From Candidatus Aenigmatarchaeota archaeon (GTDB lineage: Archaea > EX4484-52), in NCBI GenBank assembly GCA_023137195.1, contig JAGLPV010000005.1, forward strand, positions 1 through 63,711: a DNA stretch of 63,711 nucleotides. Reading direction: 5' to 3'. The position numbers were made by a program, and so were the translations under genes. The notes beneath the pieces are model-generated. The model saw nothing but the letters and a program-made list of their open reading frames with translations, was not told where the DNA came from and searched no databases. Shown in pieces: positions 48,104 through 56,134 of this stretch (positions are counted from its first letter, which is position 1; the number at the start of each line of letters is the position of its first letter).

Positions 48104-49339
48104 ATGGAACTTGGATTAATACTAATGTATTGCGTAGCGATATTTGGTCTGTTCAGTTCTTTTTTTTTCCTGCTTGTATTATTAGAATCAAAAAATAAAT
48201 TGTCAAACCCGAAAGTAAAAAAATTCAAAAAAGTCTCTGTCGTTGTTCCTGCCTACAATGAAGAGAAGACAATAAAAAAAACCCTTGACTCTCTTCTAAA
48301 CCTCAACTGGCCAAAAAGCAAAATCCAGATTATTGTAGTAGACGACGGCTCAACAGACAACACTTCTAAAATTGTAAAAGAATATGCCAAAAAAGGAATT
48401 ACATTAATCCAACAAAAAAACAAGGGAAAAGGATGCGCAATGAATGCCGGTCTTGCAAAAGCAGAAGGAGAATTCTTTGTATGCCTTGACGCAGATTCAG
48501 TAGTAGATAAAAATGCGCTTGAAAGTATGATAGGCTTTTTTGAAGATGAATCTGTCATGGCAGTGACGCCAACATTGAAATTAAACAACCCTAAAACATG
48601 GCTCGACAAAATCCAGAATGTCGAATACATAATAGGAATATACTTAAGAAAAACTTTTTCCATCATAAACGCCCTTAATGTAACCCCCGGACCTTTTACA
48701 GTATACAGAAAGTGGTTCTTTGATAAATTCGGCGGATACGATGAAGCAAATCTAACCGAGGATATGGAAATTGCCATGAGGATACAAAAACACCATTATA
48801 AAATAGAAAATTCCCTTGCCGCCTATGTATTTACAAAACCCGCATCAACATTTTCTGCCCTTATGAAACAAAGGGTTCGATGGTATAAAGGAGCACTGGA
48901 CAACTTCATAAATTATCGCGCCCTGTTCGGCAAAGACTACGGTGACTTCGGCGTAATCCTACTTCCAAGCTGCATCATCAGTATTGCTCTTGTAGAGTTC
49001 GTCTGCGCATACCTTGTAATCAAGAACATAATTGAATATTCAAAAGACATAATAAACTGGTATTATATTGGATTTGATTTCCATAATCTATTTGTCTTCC
49101 GCTTTGACTGGTTTATGTTTACCTTCAGACCGTTGATTATTCTTGCCACCGCCGGATTCATTTGCGGGATTATAATAATCCTAATTGCAAAGAAAATTTC
49201 AAATGAAAAAGAACCAATTAAGTTCGGTTATCTTTTGTACCTAATATTTTACCTGTTCTTATTTGGTCTGTGGTGGGCAGTTGCTATATATTACAAAATA
49301 ACCGGCAAAAAAATAAAATGGGGCGATAATGAAATATGA
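48104..49339 (+). CDS. Family 2 glycosyltransferase (processive, PgaC/cellulose-synthase-like)
   Basis: PAYNEE, DDGSTD, GKG, DADS, TED, QRVRW; flanking TM segments. Confidence 0.92.
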   Translation: MELGLILMYCVAIFGLFSSFFFLLVLLESKNKLSNPKVKKFKKVSVVVPAYNEEKTIKKTLDSLLNLNWPKSKIQIIVVDDGSTDNTSKIVKEYAKKGITLIQQKNKGKGCAMNAGLAKAEGEFFVCLDADSVVDKNALESMIGFFEDESVMAVTPTLKLNNPKTWLDKIQNVEYIIGIYLRKTFSIINALNVTPGPFTVYRKWFFDKFGGYDEANLTEDMEIAMRIQKHHYKIENSLAAYVFTKPASTFSALMKQRVRWYKGALDNFINYRALFGKDYGDFGVILLPSCIISIALVEFVCAYLVIKNIIEYSKDIINWYYIGFDFHNLFVFRFDWFMFTFRPLIILATAGFICGIIIILIAKKISNEKEPIKFGYLLYLIFYLFLFGLWWAVAIYYKITGKKIKWGDNEI

Positions 49340-50298
49340 CTGCTCTTCATATCGGGAATGTAAAAATAAAAAATCCTTTTATATTAGCCCCTCTTGCTAA
49401 TTTCACTGATTTACCCTTTCGGATACTTTGCAGGAAGTATGGTGTTGCTTTGGCAGTTACAGAAATGATTGATGCAGAAGGGATTTTCCACGATAAATAC
49501 AAAATCAAAGAAGAATTTACAAATGTAAAAGAAGACCGCCCTATATCCGCACAGATTGTCGGCTCAAACCCCGATGCTATGGTATACAGCGCAAAAGCGC
49601 TTCAAAAAGAAGGCGCAGACATAATTGACATAAACATGGGCTGTCCTTCATTCAAGCTTTCAAAAAAAGGAGCAGGAGCAAAAATCCTTGACAACATAGA
49701 ACTTATTCATAAAATAGTTACATTGACAGTAAAATCTGTAAAGATACCTGTAACTGTCAAGATAAGGGCTGGCTGGAATGATGACAAAAATGCAGTAAAA
49801 ATAGCAAAAACAATAGAGAAAGCAGGCGCCAGCGCAATAACAATACACGCAAGAACCGGCAAAATGAAATTTAGAGGAAAAGCAGACTGGACTATAATAA
49901 AAAAAATAAAAAAAGCCGTCAAAATACCTGTTATCGGAAACGGGGATGTCCGGTCAGCCGAAGATGCAATAGATATGCTCAAAAAGACAGGATGTGATTT
50001 TGTAATGATTGGTCGTGCATCAGTAGGAAATCCTTTTATCTTCAGGGAATGCCTGCATTATTTCAAATCTAATAAATTACTAAAACCAGCCACTCCTGGA
50101 GAAAGAAGAGATGCTTTCTTAGAGTTATGGAATATTTCAAAAAAATATTATGAACCGGAATTTTCGCGGTTTAAATTGTATTCTTATGGATTTACCAAAA
50201 CCCTGAAAGGAGGCAAGTTCTTCAGGGAGAAAATAAGCAATACAAAAACTTTAGATGAACTAAAGGAACTGATAGAGAATTCATTTGTCGGGATGTAA
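49336..50298 (+). CDS. dus: tRNA-dihydrouridine synthase
   Basis: LAPLA, QIVG, DINMGCP, VKIR, IHAR, GNGD, MIGRA. Confidence 0.94.
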   Translation: MTALHIGNVKIKNPFILAPLANFTDLPFRILCRKYGVALAVTEMIDAEGIFHDKYKIKEEFTNVKEDRPISAQIVGSNPDAMVYSAKALQKEGADIIDINMGCPSFKLSKKGAGAKILDNIELIHKIVTLTVKSVKIPVTVKIRAGWNDDKNAVKIAKTIEKAGASAITIHARTGKMKFRGKADWTIIKKIKKAVKIPVIGNGDVRSAEDAIDMLKKTGCDFVMIGRASVGNPFIFRECLHYFKSNKLLKPATPGERRDAFLELWNISKKYYEPEFSRFKLYSYGFTKTLKGGKFFREKISNTKTLDELKELIENSFVGM

Positions 50299-50330
50299 CG
50301 TTTAAATGATTTTAATGCATTAATCCAAGT

Positions 50331-50702
50331 ATGAAAATAACAATCAACAACAAGGAAATAGACAATATTATTTCAATGAAGAGTATATTTCAACTTACAA
50401 AAGGACTGATGTTCAAAAAAAGCGGCAGAGCTCTACTTGTATTTCCACTTAATGCAAAGCACTCCATCTGGATGGCTTGCATGAAATATTCACTGGATTT
50501 GATTTTCATTGATGAAAACTATAAAATTGTTGATATTTTTGAAGATGTCAAACCATTGACATTAAATCCAAAAACATGGAAAACATATATCCCTAAACAA
50601 AAATGCAGGTATGTACTTGAAGTTGAATCCGGTTTAATCAAAAAATATGATTTGAAAACAGGAATTTTAGTTAAGTTCAATTATATCACGGCACAAAAGT
50701 AA
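50331..50702 (+). CDS. DUF192 family protein; last six codons and stop supplied by the palindromic element
   Basis: KGLMF, IWM..M...LD.IFID, YVLEV..G. Confidence 0.88.
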   Translation: MKITINNKEIDNIISMKSIFQLTKGLMFKKSGRALLVFPLNAKHSIWMACMKYSLDLIFIDENYKIVDIFEDVKPLTLNPKTWKTYIPKQKCRYVLEVESGLIKKYDLKTGILVKFNYITAQK

Positions 50703-50949
50703 GGCAAGTAATGTGGCGTGATATAATCTCAAACGCAATTATATTACCCGTTATGCTAATTGCGTCTTCGAATATATTCACCCGCTCTTTGCGGTCGAAT
50801 ATACTAGCAAAATACATAAATGCTATCTAAATACCGATTATATTTTTGTATTATTTTCTGCTGTGAATAAAGTATAAGCAGAAAATAAGCTTAAAAGTAG
50901 TATTTTGCGTAGGGAAACTTTTATGATTATTTATGTGTTTTGCTATAAA
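50680..50949. repeat. Composite palindromic element, long copy (270 bp) with two nested inserts
   Basis: Same outer modules as 16962-17077, plus a 78-bp and a 76-bp two-hairpin insert. Confidence 0.8.
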
Positions 50950-50954
50950 AATAA

Positions 50955-51569
50955 TTATTTCTTAACTACTTTTTTCTCAGGTTTCTTTACAACTTTCTCG
51001 ACTGCTTTTGGCTTTTTTGCCTCTGTTTTTGGCTTTTCTTCTTTTTTAACAGGTTTTTTTACTACTGTTGTTTTTTCTTCTGCTTTCACAACTTTAGTTT
51101 CCGGCTTTTTGGCTTCTGTTTTTTTCGCTTTTTCCTTTTTGACCTTTTCTTCGAGTGCCTTCTGTTTTTTTGCACCAATTTTTTTTACTCTCGTTGGTGT
51201 ATTTACAACACCAATTCCAAGTTCTTTTGCCTTTTCTACAATCTGGTATTTTTTCTTTAGACCCGTGCTTTTTGAAATCAATACAACATCTTCTGCTTTG
51301 TTTAATTTTTCCACATCAGAGACATTGTGAACTAAAACTTCATATTTTGAATCTGCATTCTTTCCGAAATCTAATTTAGAATTTCCATATCCTACTCTTA
51401 CGAGAGGACCTTTATTGAATTTACCCAATCTTAATTTGTTGTGCCTTCCTCTTGGCTTTCTCCATGTATCTTTCAAACCCTTTTTTCTCCATGAATCTGT
51501 TCTTTTAAAAGATGGCTTAATTCTTTTGGCTACCTGACCTTTATCTGATGATGTTTTTGTATCTGTCAT
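50955..51569 (-). CDS. rpl32e: 50S ribosomal protein L32e with a long K/E/P/V-rich C-terminal tail
   Basis: F.R...WR....L...WRKPRG..NK, VGYG, LVHN..D.E. Confidence 0.9.
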   Translation of the reverse strand: MTDTKTSSDKGQVAKRIKPSFKRTDSWRKKGLKDTWRKPRGRHNKLRLGKFNKGPLVRVGYGNSKLDFGKNADSKYEVLVHNVSDVEKLNKAEDVVLISKSTGLKKKYQIVEKAKELGIGVVNTPTRVKKIGAKKQKALEEKVKKEKAKKTEAKKPETKVVKAEEKTTVVKKPVKKEEKPKTEAKKPKAVEKVVKKPEKKVVKK

Positions 51570-51573
51570 TTAA

Positions 51574-52116
51574 TCACAATTTGTGTGGTTTTTCAACAAT
51601 ATAGATGCCATCCTGAAATACACGACGATCTTTTTTCTTTGCTACGCATAACCTTTCAATCTGGGCAGCGCACAATCCTGCCTGCTCTTTGTTTATGCCT
51701 TCTACACTGAGGTATTCTTTATTATTTTCTTTATTAATAGTTATCTTGATATCTTCCGGAATGTCGAGTTCATGAACTCCCTTTCCCCCTAAAAAATTAG
51801 AAACAACAATCTTGCTATTCTCTGACTTCACTTTCATTGGAAAGTGAGAAAAAACAACTTTTAGTTTGTAGACATATGGCTCGTTTACTCCTTTCATCAT
51901 ATTCTTTATTCTCGCATACCATGCACCGACTATTGCTTTTTGCTTTTTCCTGTCTTTTGGAGAACTTACTATAAACGTATTGTCCTTAAATTCCAGATTT
52001 ATAAGCGGGTAAGAAAACCGTCTTTCTATCTGACCCAATTTTCCTTTAATTGTCAAAACATCATCTTCCAATACTGCTTCTGTCTCATCAAATAATGCAA
52101 TTTTTCTTTCTACCAT
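51574..52116 (-). CDS. rpl6: 50S ribosomal protein L6
   Basis: KG.LG...R, NMMKGV..PY.YKLK.V.SHFP, NFLG, D.RVFQDGIYI. Confidence 0.95.
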   Translation of the reverse strand: MVERKIALFDETEAVLEDDVLTIKGKLGQIERRFSYPLINLEFKDNTFIVSSPKDRKKQKAIVGAWYARIKNMMKGVNEPYVYKLKVVFSHFPMKVKSENSKIVVSNFLGGKGVHELDIPEDIKITINKENNKEYLSVEGINKEQAGLCAAQIERLCVAKKKDRRVFQDGIYIVEKPHKL

Positions 52117-52122
52117 ATTCCT

Positions 52123-52509
52123 TTAATATATAAATCCCATCAAAACGCCGCCTTCTTTGCCCAATACGGTCTTATGGGAAACTATGCCCTTTGGCGTTGA
52201 AACAATCAAATGACCAACATCAACTGCCGGAAGGTATTGTTTTTCATACTTAATGTATTCATTCTTCTTAACCGGCATACGTGGTTTTATTATCCTGCAC
52301 TTATTTATGTTTCCTTTTAGTGTCAGGTGAAAAACAACATCATTGTATGTCTTCTCTTCTTTAAAATCAGCTAAATAGTCATTTTCTTTCATGATTTTTA
52401 GGATATTTCTTATTGAATTAGAGCCATGTCTAATCACAATGTCTTTTTTCCCTGCTTTTTCTGCATTGTTTATTGCTGAAAAGCAGTCTGCTATAGGATC
52501 ATGCATCAT
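52123..52509 (-). CDS. rps8: 30S ribosomal protein S8
   Basis: DPIAD....INNAE, INKC..IKPR, IVST.KG, GG.L. Confidence 0.95.
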   Translation of the reverse strand: MMHDPIADCFSAINNAEKAGKKDIVIRHGSNSIRNILKIMKENDYLADFKEEKTYNDVVFHLTLKGNINKCRIIKPRMPVKKNEYIKYEKQYLPAVDVGHLIVSTPKGIVSHKTVLGKEGGVLMGFIY

Positions 52510-52550
52510 AGTGTATCATAAAAAAGATATAATACTTCTTTTTAAATCTT

Positions 52551-53075
52551 TCATTTGCGTCTTAATGTAAATTCGCGTTCTATCAAATAATTTTTTATCA
52601 TGTTGTTGAGTTCAAGAATCATTTGTTTTTGGTTATCCCCCATACACCAGAGATTTACTTTCAATATCATGTAATCCGGGTTTGTAAGTTCAACAGTCCC
52701 GTGTCTTGCCTTATTTTTAAGCACAGTATACTTTCCCAGCATGGTTCTTGGAACATGAAAATAGCCCGGTTTTTCCTCAATTACAATCTCTTTTACCGCT
52801 CCTTTTCTTTCATGCCCTTCTTCTTTTGCAGGAATACCCTTATATTTTCTATCTGGTGTATTGTAGGTAGCATGGCGCTTTTTTACCACACCAAAAATAT
52901 CTGTTGAAGAGAGTTTTTTTTTCTGCTCCTTTACATAAAGGGAGTAACTGTAACTCGACATCTTGGTATCTTTGATTTTAAGCCTTCTCCGGCACCCGGG
53001 ACACAATTCTATATCTTTTCCCAGATCCCACATAAATTTTACATTACAGAAATTACACATCACTTTTATTTTCAT
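52551..53075 (-). CDS. Hypothetical protein with an N-terminal zinc ribbon
   Basis: CNFC...CPGC; lies directly upstream of rps8. Confidence 0.6.
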   Translation of the reverse strand: MKIKVMCNFCNVKFMWDLGKDIELCPGCRRRLKIKDTKMSSYSYSLYVKEQKKKLSSTDIFGVVKKRHATYNTPDRKYKGIPAKEEGHERKGAVKEIVIEEKPGYFHVPRTMLGKYTVLKNKARHGTVELTNPDYMILKVNLWCMGDNQKQMILELNNMIKNYLIEREFTLRRK

Positions 53076-53124
53076 ATTAAATAATCGTGATTAAATATAT
53101 AAATATGTATTTATTTTCCACTTA

Positions 53125-53353
53125 TATAGAAATTATGTAATTGGCGTATAATGATTTCTATACATTAAAAGTGATATTAATTGTAAGGCTCTTTTATTGT
53201 ATAGAAATTATGTAATTTGCGTATAATGATTTCTATACATTAAAAGTAGTATTAATTGTAAGGCTCTTTTATTGTTTTTTAATTGTTGTGCAAATTGAAG
53301 GGAAACGATTACAAAACATTAAAAGTAGTATTAATTGTAAGGCTCTTTTATTG
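53125..53353. repeat. Tandem array of palindromic modules X-Y-X-Y-Z-Y overlapping the trpS 3' end
   Basis: X 38 bp (53125, 53200); Y 37 bp (53163, 53238, 53317); Z 42 bp (53275). Confidence 0.9.
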
Positions 53354-54464
53354 AAATAAATTCATCTAATCTTGCCTTTGCCGATTGTCTTTTTTTCTGG
53401 TGCTCCTGGAGGAAATTATTGAGCTTTTCAATAAGTATTGCCTTTAACTCCCCCGAGAGCATCTTGCCTGATTTATAATCCTCATATATTGTTTTTAGTT
53501 TCTCATCATCCTCTTCAAGGAATGTAAGCCACTGGTAAGACACATCAATATCTGGGTTTCCTCCAAGATGGCGATGTTCCTCAAGCGTAGGCTGTCCTCC
53601 TGAAAAAGCATACTTATTAACTTTCTTCTTTACTGTTTTAGGGTCATCTGTAAGTGCAATATAAGAAGAGGGATCAGAAGAAGACATCTTGCCGCCCGAA
53701 AGCCCCGGGACAAATAAATGATAAGTTGAACTCAACTGGACAAATTTATATGATTTAAATCTCTTTGAAATATCACGGGCAAGCCTAAGGTGAGGATCCT
53801 GATCAATGCCTACTGGCACAACCACCGGCACAGCTCTACCTTCAAACTCCGGCAACTGTGCATGAAGCATGTCCGATGCCTGTAAAAGAGAAGAAACCAT
53901 CTTTCCGGGAGATATCTCTCCATACACTGCCTTAAACTCATTAAATGTAGCATGTCTTGCCAACAGATTCTGGAGTCTGTAATAAGCATTTGCTTTTGCA
54001 GGATTCTGCGAACGATTGCTCTGGAAATATATTTCGCAGTTTTTCGGCTTTAGCCCAAGCGCAATATAATTAGTAATGTATTCCTCTATAGCAATTTTTC
54101 TGCCTTCCTCAAGAGACTGCCCTCTTGCATTATAAGCTTCAATATCCGCAACAGCAATATATATTTTAGCTCCGAGACCCTGGTAGAAAATCATCTGTTT
54201 TGCAAGAATCATGTGCCCTATATGGAAATTTCCACTAGGCATAAGACCTGTCATCATTACAAAAGGCTTTTTATTCAAATATGCCTGTGTAATCCTCTCA
54301 AAATCCCTGTGGGCAAAAATTTTATTTCTCCTGAACAGTAAGTTTTTCATGAAGACCTCCGGCAGATTGGTTAGAGGAGTAAGACCAAATTTCTTTATCA
54401 TCTTGTCATAATCAATGTCTCCTTTAACATCCCACGGAGTTACTGTAAAATTGTCTTTTTTCAT
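53331..54464 (-). CDS. trpS: Tryptophan--tRNA ligase
   Basis: TPWDV, PSG.FHIGH, GIDQDPH.RLARD, KMSSS, AFSGG. Confidence 0.96.
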   Translation of the reverse strand: MKKDNFTVTPWDVKGDIDYDKMIKKFGLTPLTNLPEVFMKNLLFRRNKIFAHRDFERITQAYLNKKPFVMMTGLMPSGNFHIGHMILAKQMIFYQGLGAKIYIAVADIEAYNARGQSLEEGRKIAIEEYITNYIALGLKPKNCEIYFQSNRSQNPAKANAYYRLQNLLARHATFNEFKAVYGEISPGKMVSSLLQASDMLHAQLPEFEGRAVPVVVPVGIDQDPHLRLARDISKRFKSYKFVQLSSTYHLFVPGLSGGKMSSSDPSSYIALTDDPKTVKKKVNKYAFSGGQPTLEEHRHLGGNPDIDVSYQWLTFLEEDDEKLKTIYEDYKSGKMLSGELKAILIEKLNNFLQEHQKKRQSAKARLDEFISIKEPYN

Positions 54465-54533
54465 ATACAGAAATTACCAAAAACTTTAAATATGATAAAA
54501 ACAAATATATGATAAATAATAGATAGTATTACT

Positions 54534-55163
54534 ATGGTAAATTATGAAGAAGCAATAAAAAGACCTTTTCAGGACATCAAGAAACTCCTGATAGGAAGTA
54601 TTTTGGCACTTATCCCAATTGTTAACTTTATGCTTAGCGGATATGCTCTTAAGTGTGCAAAAGGCACACTGAATAAAGACAACAGTTTGCCTGAATGGGA
54701 AGACTGGGGAAATTTGTTTATCAAGGGTATTGTAGTTGCAATTATAGGATTCATATATTTCATTCCTGCAGGAATTGTACTTATTGGCGGGATGGGAACA
54801 ATTATTCTTGGTGCTGTAGTCAAAGGAACTATGGATTCAGCAACCATTATGGCAGCAATTGGTAGCGGTGGAATCGTATTACTGATTGTAGGAATATTAT
54901 ACCTCATCGCCTCTTTAATCGTCCCCATAGCAATTATGAGATATGTTGACAAGGAAGATTTTGGAGCAGCTTTTTCTTTGGGAACCATACTAAAAAAAGT
55001 ATTTACCGGCAACTATCTTGTTTCGTGGATTATAGTAGTGGTCTGTTCAATTGTAATATCTATGTTCTCTTTTATCATCCCTGTTGTCGGCTCTGCAATA
55101 GCTATTTTTATCATAAGTATAATGTCTATGACGATATTCGCAGAAGCATATCTAGAAGAGTAA
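54534..55163 (+). CDS. DUF4013 family membrane protein
   Basis: IPIVN...GY, LPEWEDWG.LF.KG, AAFS motifs. Confidence 0.85.
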   Translation: MVNYEEAIKRPFQDIKKLLIGSILALIPIVNFMLSGYALKCAKGTLNKDNSLPEWEDWGNLFIKGIVVAIIGFIYFIPAGIVLIGGMGTIILGAVVKGTMDSATIMAAIGSGGIVLLIVGILYLIASLIVPIAIMRYVDKEDFGAAFSLGTILKKVFTGNYLVSWIIVVVCSIVISMFSFIIPVVGSAIAIFIISIMSMTIFAEAYLEE

Positions 55164-55308
55164 TTTTTTCGGATTTTTCTTTTTTTAATCCTCAAAAATG
55201 CGTAGAAAACAGAGGTATCTGCCTTCTTTTATTTGATGAATACAATACAATTATACTAATATAAATTAAAATGAATCTAAAATAAAAATAAAAAGAAAAT
55301 TACGCGCT

Positions 55309-55485
55309 TTAAATGTCTCTTGCTTTAATGGTTTTTCTGGAGTTTCCTTCTGCTCTAGCAACTGCTTTTTCCATTAATTCTTCAACTGCAGTGTTTAATG
55401 CTTCATCTGCCTCTGCAGATACATTCATGTCTTTACTTTTTGCGTATTCTCTTACTTTGCTTTTTACTATATAACTGTCTGCCAT
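55309..55485 (-). CDS. Short histone-fold protein (58 aa, not in the ORF track)
   Basis: MADSYIVKSKVREYAKSKDMNVSAEADEALNTAVEELMEKAVARAEGNSRKTIKARDI; R.T....D motif. Confidence 0.85.
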   Translation of the reverse strand: MADSYIVKSKVREYAKSKDMNVSAEADEALNTAVEELMEKAVARAEGNSRKTIKARDI

Positions 55486-55573
55486 AATATATCACTTTTT
55501 TTATAAGAGGCTTTATAAGCCCTTAGAATGTATTAAACCAATAAATATATAAATATTTGCTTTTTTAACTCTT

Positions 55574-56134
55574 ATGAAGCCCATAGAAGCGATAATTTTG
55601 GACAAAGGCGTATTTATTTTTAAAGAAAAAGACGCTATACAGATACACGATGAAAAATATTTCGGCAAATTTATAGAATTCGATAATAAGAATGTCCTAC
55701 AGCTGTCTGTTGAAGAAGCCCTGTTTTTAATTGAAGCCGAAAAAATAACCCTAAAACAGAAAAATACCAAAAAAAATGCAAGTTTCGAGGAAGTTTACGC
55801 TCTTTGTTCAGAAAAAAACAGTGAACTCTATCAAAAATACAACGTATACAAAGACTTAAGGAAAAGAGGATATATTGTAAAATCAGGATTTAAATTCGGT
55901 ACGCATTTCAGAGTATATGACAAGGGAGTGAACCCATACAAAAGTGGAGATAAAGCAAAAAAAGAGCATACTAAATTTAATGTTCATGCTGTTTTAGAAA
56001 ACGACAGTTTTGTTTATCATGAAATTTCCCGCTATGTAAGATTATCCCATAATATCCGCTCAATTGCATTGATGGGTGTAGTTGATTCAGAAGGAGATGT
56101 GACTTACTACACAATCCAGAGAATCAAACCTTGA
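55574..56134 (+). CDS. endA: tRNA splicing endonuclease subunit
   Basis: LS.EEAL.L, YKDLR.RGY.VK.G.KFG..FRVY, KEH, VD.EGD.TYY. Confidence 0.92.
   Translation: MKPIEAIILDKGVFIFKEKDAIQIHDEKYFGKFIEFDNKNVLQLSVEEALFLIEAEKITLKQKNTKKNASFEEVYALCSEKNSELYQKYNVYKDLRKRGYIVKSGFKFGTHFRVYDKGVNPYKSGDKAKKEHTKFNVHAVLENDSFVYHEISRYVRLSHNIRSIALMGVVDSEGDVTYYTIQRIKP

Noticed and set aside
53125-53353. Genuine CRISPR array (the third repeat is followed by AAAT, giving ATTGAAAT)
   Set aside because: The spacers are palindromic and one is duplicated, ATTGAAAT occurs only in the copy inside trpS, and no cas genes or leader are present.
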